DNA of 63,982 nt, the filler included, from Dimargaris cristalligena (taxonomy: Eukaryota): the NCBI GenBank assembly GCA_003614675.1. It is 3 parts of 3 records of this genome, joined end to end, with 100 filler letters (N's around TTAATTAATTAA, not from the genome) between each part and the next. Parts side by side here need not be neighbours in the genome. Positions count along the whole stretch, not along the records: positions 22,773 to 45,346 come from ML002629.1; positions 45,447 to 63,982 come from ML002763.1; 1 more part is not named here. One strand, given 5' to 3'. A program made the translations under genes and the position numbers. How positions within the stretch are numbered: the first letter of the stretch is position 1; each line of letters begins with the position of its first letter. Positions 39,198-53,280 of the stretch are shown here, piece by piece. The notes below the pieces were generated by a model. The model was given only the letters and a program-made list of their open reading frames with translations. It made no database searches and was not told the origin of the DNA.

Positions 39198-40938
39198 ATC
39201 CAGCTTACCAATACAGTATGCCCTATCCCAGGTTCCCTCCACTAGTTCTTCTTGAGAGTGCTGGCAGTATACCTCTCCACTGTCCGACACCTTCGAGCAA
39301 ACAACTTAGTTCCCTCCAACGATAAGATTTATGTTGTCCAGGTTTGAATATTCATGGGTAAACAGTGGGCGCATATCAGGGAAGTCACCACCTAATTATA
39401 ATATTACCTGGGAAAAGCCATTTGCGCAGGGCTTTCAACTAGTGAAGATGTAATTTTTGAAGGATATCAAGACGAGCATATATGTCCAAAGAGGGATATT
39501 TTTTGGAGGGGTTAAACCAGAGACAGGACGACAATCCTGACGTAGTGCTATAAGTTATAAGGTGTAGTACCGGGATATGGTAGGCTCTATGATAGCGATG
39601 GTTATTACGTACCTGGCCCCGCCTCCCAAGCCTGTATATTGGTGATATCCTCTTCATTAGTAGCCGCGAGGATTCTCTTGGGCGGATTATGTTCAAGTCC
39701 CCAAAGCCCGTTGAAGATTTTTTAAATAACTGTGGATGCTAAGTTGTCCTAAAAAATGATATTGTTTAAAATCATCGTAAATGAGTTACTCAGGTCGGTT
39801 CAGTTGGGTGGTGATGCAGATGCATACACCCGATTGTACATGAGGCCAGTGCCCCAGGTTAAAAGCTAGACTTAGAGAGGAGACTGTTGGAGGTATAAGT
39901 CGGAGAGTAAACGCAAGATATACCTAAAGAAATATAAAAACATTTTAGAAGAGAGCAAGAGCTTCAAGTGACAATGATAGATGATGTCCCTGGTTGGTTG
40001 TATTGAATTCGATAAAAGCAATGATCGAGATTTATTAATGTCCCGGGTATGGAACGGTGCAATCAGAGATATAGAACCGGTGGGACATGGGAAATGGATA
40101 TCTAACAGTAGTACGGCAGCTAATAATTTCAAAAGGGAGCCCTTTCTTCTAGTATATATATATATATTGAAAGGGGGCTACGGAGTGAGATAGTCGTTGG
40201 CTGTGGCCCGACAATGGAATTACTACTTGTTTGTGGTGGGTATGGAGGAGTCAAGAAAGTGGTCTTAGGGATTGGTGGGTTTCATGGATTATTTTCATCG
40301 AGAATGCATGGGTAGGCTACTGGGTAACGAAGAGAACCGTGTTCGGTAATTATTTTACAGGAAAATAGTCGTGGGGTGAAATTCGTTATAAAGACTTGAC
40401 ATGTTGGTAGAGGGGACAGTATGGGTATGTTGTGCACAGTCGTGTTTCTTATTATTTCTTCTTTTATTATTTCCTACCAGCCAACCCTATCTTCTTTTTT
40501 CATTATTAATATCACAATTTATTCTGTCGGGGTTTTTCGCGTTTGTGCCTAATGGCCAATTCGGTTGTAGACCGCGGACTTCTACACCAACTGAGTTTCT
40601 GTTTATGATGACCCAATGGCCCAATATATTAATGTATTATAGGAAAATGCCGTCGGTGTTCTGTTATTGGTTAATATTACCTATTTCGCTAAAAGACAAC
40701 TTGCCGCATTAAAAAGCCTTCCAGCTACTTCTAATCCCATCTAAAAGAAGCTCCATTTGCACCCCTCTTCGCATGGTATTAATTTGTCTACTTAAAATCC
40801 TAATAATTTATTGCTCGCCTAAAAAGACAACGTATATAACAAATGTCCATTAAACGAACCAATCATCTACTGGTTTAGAGCATAAGGAAATCGTATTATT
40901 GAAAAGTGACACAAATGGGCGTATAGTATTCCAAGTTT

Positions 40939-42000
40939 TTAGTTGGAAAGGACCACGCGGTACCGCACCTTGCCGTCACGAACCCGTTGGATACCTTCAT
41001 TACACTGGTCCATTGGCAGGGTTTCAATCCACGGACGGACATTATGCTCGGCCGCGAAATCGAGCATAGCCCGGACTTCCTTGATACCACCAATCAACGA
41101 GCCCACGATTCCCACGTTGTTAGCCAGGAAAGATAAAGGCTTAAGCTTCAGCTCAGTTTCGGGGGCAGCCAACAAAACAATCAGCCCGTAGACATCCATA
41201 AAACTAATCAACTGGGCCCAGTCGGTGTGGGGCGAGTTGGTGGTGACAATCAGGTAATCGAGGGATTGGGAGGCAGTCTTGCTTTGTTCGGCGTCGCGCA
41301 GGTTAACCACCTGGGTAGCACCGAGTTTGACACATTCCTCGCGCTTGGTTTCGGAAGTGGTGAAGGCGGTGACACTGACACCGAAGGCCTTGGCGAATTG
41401 GACCGCCAGATGACCGAGACCACCGATGCCAACTATTCCCACCCGGTCACCCGTCTTGAACTTGTAGTGCAGCATAGGGGTGAATACCGTAATACCGGCG
41501 CACAAGAGAGGAGCGGCTTCGCGGGGGTCAATCGCAGTGGGGATACTGAACGCATAGTTGGCGTCGACGCGAACGGCATCGGCGTAGCCGCCCTTGGACC
41601 GCTCACCATCGGGGTACGGCTTGTTATAAGTATACACCGCGTGGGAGCATTGCACATCATGGCCCCGTCGGCAGTTCTTGCAATCGGGCTTCTGGCAAGA
41701 GAAGACCTGGGCGCCTACGCCGACTAAGTCACCGATGGCATGGTCCTGCACTTCGGCACCCTTGGCCACCACCCGGCCGACAATTTCATGGCCGACAATC
41801 ACGGGGTATTGGGTGGGTCCCCAGCCACTGTCGATGGTGTGGATGTCCGAACCACAAATGCCACAATGGTCGATTTTGATTTCAATGTCGTTGGGGCCTA
41901 GGGGACGGGACTTGTATTGCCAAGGCACCAGCGGCTGGTTCTTGCCCATAGCGGCGTAGCCGCTGATCATACGGGATTCGGAGGAGTTGGAAGCGGTCAT
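40939..42000 (-). CDS. NADP-dependent Zn alcohol dehydrogenase, copy 2
   Basis: Same 353-aa length and motifs as copy 1; high similarity. Confidence 0.95.
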   Translation of the reverse strand: MTASNSSESRMISGYAAMGKNQPLVPWQYKSRPLGPNDIEIKIDHCGICGSDIHTIDSGWGPTQYPVIVGHEIVGRVVAKGAEVQDHAIGDLVGVGAQVFSCQKPDCKNCRRGHDVQCSHAVYTYNKPYPDGERSKGGYADAVRVDANYAFSIPTAIDPREAAPLLCAGITVFTPMLHYKFKTGDRVGIVGIGGLGHLAVQFAKAFGVSVTAFTTSETKREECVKLGATQVVNLRDAEQSKTASQSLDYLIVTTNSPHTDWAQLISFMDVYGLIVLLAAPETELKLKPLSFLANNVGIVGSLIGGIKEVRAMLDFAAEHNVRPWIETLPMDQCNEGIQRVRDGKVRYRVVLSN

Positions 42001-42121
42001 GGTGAGTGCAGTGCGGGGGAGTAATAAGAGGGTGGGTTATTCAAATCTAGTCTCGAGCAGATGAGTGGTACTATGGCCGATGACTGGTGTGGTAAGTGAG
42101 GTTAAGCGAGGAATACCCGCC

Positions 42122-42129
42122 TATTTATA
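42122..42129 (-). promoter_or_regulatory. TATA box of ADH copy 2
   Basis: TATAAATAGG about 120 nt upstream of the ATG. Confidence 0.6.
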
Positions 42130-43382
42130 TTGGAATGGTCGACCCATTTTAACAAGGGATACAGGGCAGTGGACCATGAAGAGGAATTAAATTAAATAAA
42201 CATGGGTTACTTTCACTAAAAGGGCTTGATGAGCCTGCTTGCCCACACTACAATGGCCAACTGGGGTTTTTGCCGAACTAGAAAGGCATGTGGCTCACAA
42301 AAATAACCAACTGGTTGAAAGACTTACGTTTTCCACCGAGAGGGGTAGTCATTTTGGGATTGGCCCGCCCACAGTGGCCAATAGAGGGACGGGCGGATAT
42401 TTTACTACATAGTTGGAGAGAAGCGGCCAGTGCGGACAATTATTTAGAGTTTTCATTGGTATGGGTGCGTTAGAGAATATAATTGGTTTATATTTACCGT
42501 GTCTCTAACGGATGTGTGGGATGCTACTTGGCTAGCGGGGAGTTTGAAAGGAACCCATCACCTCTCCAAAAACCGAAGTGAAACGTAAGCTATAAACGTC
42601 AGGAAAGAATGGATTACTAGCTTTACGTCACTCTTAGCCATTGATAAACTTTCCTGATTCGGTGGTCGGAAGTGTATGTCCACTCGGTTAAAGTTACTGT
42701 GGCATTTGAAATTTCCCTCCAAATGCGGTCGGGCTTGGTACATTTGAGCCATTTCCTTTTTAAATCATTCATTATTTCCGAAAAAAATCCCCGAAATTAT
42801 GAGACCCACTTTCGAATATCCCCATACATAAATGATTTACAGAGTTCGGTTTTTTCTCTCCGGCTCATAACGGTACTTGGCTGGGCTGCGATGCTTGGAC
42901 CCGTGTAGATGTTCTGTTCAACGTTCCACTTAAAATAAACCCTCGACCGCCGGCTAATTACACCCGGGCATTTATCCGTGGGTATTGTAAAAAACCACTG
43001 TTAGATCCCCTATATTATAGCCCCTGTTATGCCGGAAGAATGGCCTTTGCACCACCTTGCCAATGCTAAGTTAGTAACTCCTTTCAAAACATCCGGATAC
43101 GTAATTTGAAAAGTGGCTGGGTAAAGTAACACGTAGTGAGAAAGCTGACTAATTATGTGTTAATCCCTATAATGCGCTGTACATCCGATAGAGCCGGAAG
43201 GCCAGCTTCACTATCCTTATAGTAGATTTCCTGTCTGTCCGGATAAAATGGCTTATGGGTTGAACAGGCCATACCGGTTAACATTGCACTATTGGCTAAA
43301 TTTGACTGTGTATATTTCATTAAAAACGCGATATTATGATGCCAAAACGAAAGTGGTTCGGCCCAGTTGCAAAGGACCATTG

Positions 43383-43526
43383 ATATGGGAGAAGTTCATT
43401 TAGGCTGTATAACGAAAAATCCATTGGATGAGGCTAATATTACTGGTTAAAAGATATTCTCACATATATTCATTCATACACGTATTATGTAAAACCTTAT
43501 ACAGCTGGTTTGAATTTCTTCCATAT
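43383..43526 (+). repeat. Dispersed ~145 bp repeat, copy C
   Basis: ATATGGGAGAAGTTCATTTAGGCTGTATAACGAAAAATCCATTGGATGAGGC...TGAATTTCTTCCATAT. Confidence 0.85.
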
Positions 43527-44249
43527 TATGATTGAATGGACTAATATGAAGTTCCCTTTATGTGTTCATGTCAAGGGGGTAACAATAGAGACATAGCGAC
43601 CAACCTTTCGAAGTATTGTCAGTAAAATATATCTCCTACACTAGTATTTTGGTCAATATAAAAGTTGTTGGCACTCTCTCTGTGCTAAACTATACCCGAA
43701 TGTACTTGTTTCCTATACTGTCAAATAACGAAGGCTCTGCTATACCGCGAAGACTTGGTATATGGTTTTTTTATTGTTGACATTTACGGATAAAAGTTTT
43801 AGAATCTAGAATCCTCTATGAAGCAATTATAATGGCGGATCTGCCCGGAACCCTCAAATAATATTGGGTGTACATAATTGGACACAAAATGCCCTCGAGT
43901 CTCTGTTCAGGAATGGTAGAGGATACTTTAACAAATGAGTGACGTTTTAGGTGGGGGCTTACTAATCCAATAAAAGTGCGATTGAGAAATATACACTGGC
44001 TATAAACTACAGTATTATAAAACCCGGAAGAATGGTCTACATGTCTTTGATCGCCCCTTGTCTCTTAAATAAAGCCAAGTGGGAGAGGCCAAGTTTTGTA
44101 GGTGACATCGAATCAAAGCCATGGCTGTGACAGTTACTTGTATTGGTATATTAATTTAGACTATCCCCCCCCACTTCCGCAGGCGATTACAGAAAGGAGT
44201 CTTTACTTCACAAACAGCAAACGATATTGACGTAAGCGCTATTGAGTAA

Positions 44250-44939
44250 GTGGCACTATATGCTGCCCAACCTATTCTAAATTCTCCTTGGTTTCCTTGG
44301 GCAGTACTAAGCAATGTAGAGGTTGAGGAAATACACTCAGTTGGAGCTGTAGCTTCCAATTACATACCCATAAAAAAGTAAATGTAAGTGATACTCCTGT
44401 TTATGGAGACATACTTAGATCTGAGGGATGTTGGGTTACATAGACCAAACACCACATCAGAGACAATCATTGACAACTGCATCCTTTCTGGTATAAATGA
44501 TTGCCAGTAGTAGGTGCCTTCAACATTTATCATGCCCAATGGACAAGACCATGGTTCACAAAATTTCAGCTGCCCAGTACTTTAGCACAGCCCACATGTA
44601 TTAGTTCCCAGTGGGGATATACCAGTAATTTATCATATTAGGTATAGAGATGGAGCAATTATAATTTAGAAAAGAAAATATATGTCTGAGGATAAATAAA
44701 TGGTAGGTAGTAGAATACCATTTCAGGGATATCTTCAAAAAATGACATAATTAGTTGTTAGAATGTACCAAGCTGTGAATGTTAGCCATAATTCCTTAGA
44801 TAAGATGTCTTCCCAAGAGGCCCCTATCATAGTAACCCCAATTGAGCCAAGTGCATAAGCAGGTACAGGATATCACATAAAATTATCTAGTTGGTGCAAT
44901 TGTTTTGTCTGGTGTTCCCAGTGGAGGGTGAGGAACCAG
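44250..44939. mobile_element. CpG-free transposon relic
   Basis: No CpG seen over about 700 nt; ends in purine-rich GGAGGGTGAGGAA just before the LTR-like repeat. Confidence 0.5.
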
Positions 44940-45135
44940 TGTCACAGAGTGGTGGTATCAGGCCACTAAAATGAACAATAAAATTATATCAAAAGGGCAG
45001 GGTGGCTTCTCCAGGCAAACTAGTTTGTCACTCAATTGAAAATACTAATAAAACCAGCCGTATAATGTTTTTAACCAAAGTAATCTAATATGAAAAATAC
45101 TTATTTGGAAGCCCAAAAGGTTGGTCCTTGGTGTC
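44940..45135 (+). repeat. LTR-like repeat, copy 2
   Basis: Homologous to 22450-22650. Confidence 0.75.
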
Positions 45136-45346
45136 ACCCAGTGTGGTGAACTTACCACATTTTTCACCTATTTTTATTTTTTTATCTATTTTTCACACTT
45201 ATCAGAAGTACGCCCCTGATAAGTGAATGAGCCCCTGCCCCTGATGAGTATAGTCATTTTTCCTCCATTTTTATTATTATATTGTTTTTCCTATTATTAT
45301 ATTTTATACACTTAACTATGATGTACCCCTGCCCCTAACCAGATGA

Positions 45347-45446
45347 NNNNNNNNNNNNNNNNNNNNNNNNNNNNNNNNNNNNNNNNNNNNTTAATTAATT
45401 AANNNNNNNNNNNNNNNNNNNNNNNNNNNNNNNNNNNNNNNNNNNN
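45347..45446. other. Artificial contig linker
   Basis: 44 N + TTAATTAATTAA + 44 N, identical to the first linker. Confidence 0.97.
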
Positions 45447-46482
<1,036 letters not shown>

Positions 46483-47453
46483 TCAAATAGAAGCGGAACA
46501 AGAGTTGATGGATAAAGAAGCTCTAAATGGTGGCTTAGGCGGGCCATGGGCAGCGGCTTGATTTTATACAGGTTGACTTTACCCCGAAACTCTAGCCGTA
46601 CCACATAGTAAAGGGGGCCATTGGGGGGGGAGCACAGTGGGCCAGCAACTCCCTTAGTCTAATATTTACAATGGTGGCCGGATCGTCCCTGTTAATCGGA
46701 GCGGGAGTTACCGTCGAAGGGCGAGAAGGGGGGGATGGTGCCCTATCCTTCCCAAACGTTGGATGAGACCCGCGCTGACCCATTTCACTATGGTGAGTTA
46801 ACCCTTGTCTCACTTGGCGGCCCCAACCGCCCAATCATGGGGTCCACGGCAACCTGTGTGTGGGGGAGAACCCCAGAAGAATATTGAGCCATTCCCCCCT
46901 CCCCTCGCATCCGCCAGTCGCCGCTATTCCCCAGGCCCTGGGCCTGCACACTTCTGCGCCCCTTCGGTATGCCCGCCAAACAGGCAAGGCATCGGCTATC
47001 AGCATTTAATATTCTCGGATGTTCTCGGCAAACGGAACGCGTCGGGTCTCCGGGTTGCTTGGGGTCCGTCAAAGTATCGACCGCCCGCAGCACCCGCAAA
47101 CTGCGGTTACACCAGGAACAGAGATGATGGCCAAACCCTTCACCACTGGTCAACGGCGGAAGAGGTCTCCTCTCCTGGTGGGCATTATCCACCGGATGGT
47201 TACACACTCATGGGCAAAATCGCTACTTAGTAAAAATGAGGGTGGTCCAGCTGACTGAACGATACTTCGGTAGGCCACCTGGTCTCCATCAGGTCCGCCT
47301 GATCCACAAGGGACGTACGACTAATTACGTTTATTATATCCGGCTAAAGTCTGGGGCTCTGCAGAAAAAGCCACTCCACAAATAATAAACCGAAAGACAA
47401 TACGCATGGATCCCGACGTGTAAGGTGATCCGAAATCGAGCCACCGTGGTAGT

Positions 47454-50400
47454 CTACCCTCGTTGTTGCTGCTGGCGTTGCAATTGGTGGTTCTATATGG
47501 TTTGTTAGGGTGAGGAAACATTAAGATGCAAGCCATACGTTAATTGCCGGAATGGAAGGGGGACTAAAAACCGAAATACTATATGGCGCTCCATAAAAAA
47601 ATCCATATATCCTCTGTAAATAGTACATACCTTGGCCCGCAGCTGTACTGTTAGGCTGTCACGCTCTACTTCGCATTGGCGGAGGCATGTTCGGAGCTGT
47701 TCCAAGTCGCGGGTCAGCATCAGTGCATTGCGCTTGTATTCATTTTTGGACATTTCAGTGGCTTTAAGAAGATCCTGAAGAGATAGCAGCTCTTTGGATA
47801 ATCCGGCTTTGTCAGCCTAGTGTGAAAACCCGAGAATTATAGTGATTGGGGACGAAGACACCAAAGTGAAATAACTCTTAATATTCCGGGTCAGAATAAG
47901 ATCCGAATGGATTGGGCGATGGGACTGGCGTTAATTTCCAAGAAAATTACCAAAAAAAACATAACACTTACTTTGATTTGATCACTAATCGCGGATATAG
48001 ACGCTAAGCTCTTCGAAATATCTAAAAACGGCAAATCGATAAAAAGATCAAGGGCAACATTACGACCACCACCCGGACAATGGCAAGGCAACCGGATGGG
48101 TTTAAGTTAGTATTAGCAAAAAAATGGATATCCATGGTACTGGCTTGGAAGTGAATAACAATACTAGCATATTAGGTAATATTTAATTACTTACGCTTGT
48201 TCTGCTCGCGCAACAGTGACATATCCTGCTGGTATCGCTTGCATTCAGCTTTCAGTTCTTGACAGTATTTCTCACTCGACTCGCGTTGCCCATCGGAAGC
48301 TTTTAGGGAGTTCCTAGAATCATAACCCCAAGAATACATATAACGCAGTTCTCATTAGATCATGGATATGCACTGGTTTCATCAAATTATAGAAGAAGTT
48401 GCCTGGGAATTGGCATCACCTAGTAGTCCCAATAGTCCCTATGATACAACCACCATTCAAATTACCCAAACCTGCGGTTACCTTAATCGATCGACTTCTT
48501 CGATGGCGTTCTTAAAGGATTCGTCCAAGTGCTCGTGGTCCCTTGTGAGCTGTTGGAAGTTTTCAAGTAAATCATTGATTTCTCCTGATAGGTATTGGCG
48601 CTGGACTGCCGACGATGGCAAAGTATGATCAGCGGAGCGGCTGTGTTGAACTGTAGGAGGGGATCGGGACTGGAGCTACCAATTGAGGTATAATAGACAT
48701 AGAACATAACCCAATGTTACAGCTAGTAGATATATAAATAAGGATCTATAGAAGGGGACATCTAGATGCAAGGAACGGCCTCAAACCCGCAGTAGGTCAG
48801 ATTCGGCTGTGGCAGCCCAGTCTAGTGGGTACCCTCCATAGTAGTCGTTTTACCTTCTTTAATTCATTCAGAACCGACTCGTGTTCGGCTGTTAGCTTGA
48901 GGTAGGCCCTTTCCAAGCCAGCCATAGCACCAGCTGATGAGCCCATTGTGGCTCTTCCATCAGTGGCCAATGACCCTTGGTTTGCAGGGGCAACAGGAGG
49001 GGATTGGCGATTGGCCCGCGAGAGCTCCATCAATTGGCCATGTAGCCGCTTTAACTGTTCCACCAGGGGCCGAAGAGTTTGAGAAGCACAGTTAGGAGGA
49101 TCGACTTCAGAAGATAACCCCGTTGCAATACGCCGTGTATAGTCCGATAACTACGATTAATAAATACACACGTCAGGCAATACAGCCAAATAAAAATTAC
49201 CCCCGAGCAAAAGTGGCGATGGAGAATATATGAAGTTTTGAAATCATATTAGGGAAAATTAAGTTGTAAAATCGAACCTGGGTTGGTTGGCTCAACTATG
49301 CCAATGGGTGACGTGGGCTGGAGAATGACTATGTAATATTGACACTTGTAATAATATTCATTTAGCCATCTCTGGGATTGAGTAGTTCCCCGACTATTTT
49401 GACAACATTACCTTTTCGATATCAGAGTCCATCAATTCAAGATTCTGTTGATGATCCCTAATGCGAGTCTCCGTCGCACTGGTACCGGGTTGAGGTGACG
49501 ATGTTGTTTGTAAGTGCGGGCTACCGCCCGATGTCTGGGACAAAACTGGCGGGTCCTTAGATTTCGGAGAAGTGGTTGACGAACCCTGTTTATAAGTCTA
49601 TCAAACAAAAGGCAGGCATTGTTTTATAATATAGTATAATGGGTCGATATAAAGGCCTAAAGGTTAAAATACCGAATAACAATGACGAAACATCAACTAT
49701 TGGAGACATGCTGGACAATACCTGCAATTATAAATATGCATTACCTTGAATTGCTGTCGAAGCTGTTGTAATTCCCGGATGACCTATAGAAATACGCAGA
49801 CAAGGTAATAGATGCAATTACCAATAATATCTAGAATCAGTGCCTATATTAGCGGCTAGTATAGATTACAGCTCCAACAGGCAATATTTAAACGAACGTC
49901 AATTTTCGCTTGCGCAGTGTGTTGACTCACCTGTTCATAAAGCTGGCGTAGGTTATCCCGGTCCTGAGTGACATTGGTCAGCTGACCGGACAGTTTTTCT
50001 AGGAGGGTCCTGTCGGGCTCAACCACAGGCGGATGAACAGTTGTCCTTGGAGAATGAGAAGCGGGCTCGGGGGTAGGTGTTAAGTCTAATTTTTCCAATT
50101 CAGCAACCAATGATTGGAGAAAGAGGAGCTTCTCGTACGTGTCAGTATTCGTCTTATTGGCTTGGGAAATATGGGACTTGGCCTGGTCCAATTCCTTGGT
50201 GTGGTCCCGTTTTGCCTCATCGAAATGCGCTTGGGCAGTCTCCAGTTTCTAGGGGAATAGTCGAGTATTAGGTTGAAGCATAATATAAATGGCTGTGGGT
50301 AAGGGCATTGCCTTGGCGATGATTGCAATTGTACGTTGGAATTGACATACTCACAAGGGACGATATTGGACTTGGTTGGCAATATGGCACCTGCTTTGAC

Positions 50401-51276
50401 AGAAATACTATAATTCAGGTGTATAAGTAAAAGCATCTATATTAACCCGAACTACTTACATCGGTCAGTTGATCGTTTTGTTGCTGGACAAATAATAATT
50501 GGTCCGCCAACTGCTGGGCCCGAGTTCCAATTGCCTGTTTATTATTGGGATCCACGAGCCAGGATGTCAACTGGCTCTGTAGCTCAGTGATTCGCGTGTC
50601 TTTTTTCCGTAGCCGAGTTTGAAGGGACTCGACCTAAGTGTATATAAGTAAAGGGAGTAAATAACAAATATATTAGATCCGATCATACCTGGGGCCGAAG
50701 GAGGGGCTATCTTAGGGAATGGACCTCTACAGCAACTGAAGGGCTTTACTGGGACCATAGAAAAGCAATCGGGATCTAAAAAACATGTATTACCTGCTGA
50801 TTTAATTTGGCTACATCGGCCTCACTAGCGTCCGCTTCTTGCTGTAGTTGATCAAATCGGGCATGATCCAACGACGCCCAGTTCCGCTGCCGCAATCGAT
50901 TACATGGACCATCTCCCTCGGAGTTCGCCAGCTGTGTTAACCGTTGGGAAGGCTCGCGTAGAAAGGGAATCTCAATGGGGCTAGTGAGGTTGAGCACAGC
51001 CGACCGGGAAATGGCCCGGTTGCCCATGGCAGCGTCGAGCCGCTTCTGTAAGAGGCTCCGCTGGTCGTCGGTCTGGACCAGGAGGGCATTGTACTTGGCC
51101 TTCCATTCGTTGTTGAGTAGGCGGAGCTCGTCCGCCTCACGCTGGGCCCGCACAAGCTCCTCCTGATGGGTGAGTCGAAGGTTCTCTAGAAGATTCTGTA
51201 AATCCAGGAGCTCACTTTGGTACCGATTGCATTCCTTCAGCAAGACACTGGTGGGGGACGGGTCATTGGCCAGCAT
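47454..51276 (-). CDS. Multi-exon coiled-coil hypothetical protein
   Basis: Successive heptad-rich ORF pieces with GT/AG borders (YQSELLDLQNLLENLRL; LSGQLTNVTQDRDNLRQLYEQ; LERAYLKLTAEHESVLNELKK; LTRDLEQLRTCLRQCEVERDSL); last exon NHQLQRQQQQRG*; internal exons not all resolved. Confidence 0.7.
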
Positions 51277-52074
51277 GGCGGGGTCGGAAGAGAAATTAAT
51301 TGGCACTATTAACAACCTACGCAAACGGGTGAAACAGGGAAATGCGATAGGGATAATTCGAAGGGGGCTAAGTTAAACGGTATTGGAGGCTGCATTGAGG
51401 GTCTAGCGGGCGAGGGCTAGGTATAGCGGAATGTTGTAGGGGACCATGGCGGACTCTCAATATGGCCTACTAGGGGGAGGGGGCGCAAGTGCCTATTCAC
51501 TGAATGTCCAGGAACGCCCACGGGCCCTGCAACCCCTGGAGAATGCCAGCGAAAAATAAAGCGACCGGGCCGATGACACTTGTTTATTTTTAATCATGCA
51601 ACCTATCCGTTTACCCAATGAACGGCTCCATCATCCAGCACTAGCAATGATAATGTAAACATCGTCACCATTTAATAAGCTACCTATTACCGTGGTATTG
51701 GGGTCTGCGGTTAAGAAAATTAAGTATATTCAGTACATCTGAACAAACGGACCCCTCTCTTTCATAATTAAAAGTGGGATATCCATTATAGATAATAGTC
51801 TAAATTCCCGCTGTAGTTGGCGTACAGGACGGGGTCTGTTGTCCCTGCTTTCGCGGTGAATGGTACCCGTCATCGGGGTTTAGTGGATGTTTCCTTCACT
51901 ATGAATACAGGGTATTTTGAAGCATATGCCTTATCCCAGACCAGACTTCCCTCACACCTGTGGTATCTGTTTGGTACAGGTCGAGTTACGCGGCTCAACG
52001 CCAGAGCACTTCAGCCATTTCTAAACCTAACTTGCCCAAGAAGTCCTCGGTCTTGGTGGTCAATTTAAAATAGA

Positions 52075-52084
52075 GTCACGTGAT
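52075..52084. promoter_or_regulatory. E-box/Cbf1-type site upstream of RPL31
   Basis: GTCACGTGAT; related sites at 56085 and 62233. Confidence 0.45.
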
Positions 52085-52914
52085 TTACCATCAACAGGGC
52101 TAAATGGTAAGGTTAGTGAGCGAGCAAGCGTATTAGTTAGCTGGCTGGGAGGAAGGAATACCGCAGTGTGTGGGTAGATATTGGGAAAGTTACTCGGTTT
52201 GGAGGTGGTGGTACTTTGAGAGGTGGGCCAAAATGGGAGCAGGACCTAGGCGGGTCAAATAATGTGTTGGTGGTGTGGCAGTCTGCCCATCCTAAGGTCG
52301 AGGCCAATATTACGTTGGCATGCCCTGTCCATCGTCGAATCCCCCTCTTCCTTCTTGTACTATTTACTACGCCCCGTCGAGGTAAGGCCCATAGCCCCCC
52401 CGATATCTAATCGTCGGGTCGCGCTTACAGCCTACCCCTACCCACAACCTTCCAATCCCTTCGCACCTTCTTCGCCGTCACTGTTACCACCGTTGGTTCG
52501 AATGGATTACGACAGTCAGGCGTAAGAGACTGTCATCCGCAACCATGGCCATCCATCCATCCATCCGTTCACCGTGTGGCACAGCCACCTTATTTCAAAT
52601 ATTGGGTAGAGCCTCTGGACTTATAGTGATGGTGAATGGCGGACAAACGGATGGATAGACTGTATCTATTCGAGTTACCTCGTTACTGATGGTGCGACTG
52701 AAGCAGAGGTTGTGGTCGGAAGGCGCGCTGACCCGAACGAAAGTGAATCCGCATTTTGAATCGACATGGAACCGTGAACGGATTCTGATGTCCATACATT
52801 CCTTCCCCGCCCTTGAATCCACCTAACGACTTGCCTCTTGTTTATTTATTGACCACCTCGTATTTCCGCCCTAGGTATTAGAAAATATACAGCACCCTCT
52901 ACACAATAGCCAAA

Positions 52915-53280
52915 ATGGTGAAGGCCAAGCATACTAAGCGTTCCGCTCTTTCCGAGGTTGTCACTCGCGAGTGCACCATCCACCTGTCCAAGATGGTCCG
53001 TGGTGTTCAGTTCAAGAAGCGCACCCCCAAGGCCATGGACGCCATCCGGAAATACGTCCGCCAGGACATGGGCACCACCGAAGTCCGCATCGACCCCGGT
53101 CTCAACAAGTTCCTGTGGTCTACTGGTGTCAAGGCCATCCCTTCCCGTCTGCGCATCCGCATGTCCCGCAAGCGTAGCGACGAAGATGACAGCGCCAACA
53201 AGCTGTACACCGTCGTGACCTACGTGCCCGTTGCCTCTTTCAAGGGTCTGGAAACCGAAGTCGTTGACGAAGAAGAGTAA
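52915..53280 (+). CDS. RPL31: 60S ribosomal protein L31 (eL31); probable 5'UTR intron about 52500-52874
   Basis: EVVTRECTIHLSK, FKKRTPKA, VRIDPGLNKFLWSTG, KLYTVVTYVPVASFKGL. Confidence 0.97.
   Translation: MVKAKHTKRSALSEVVTRECTIHLSKMVRGVQFKKRTPKAMDAIRKYVRQDMGTTEVRIDPGLNKFLWSTGVKAIPSRLRIRMSRKRSDEDDSANKLYTVVTYVPVASFKGLETEVVDEEE

Noticed and set aside
39250-40132. Possible decayed secreted gene between the ADH copies
   Set aside because: TTG start, short broken ORFs and no recognisable homology.
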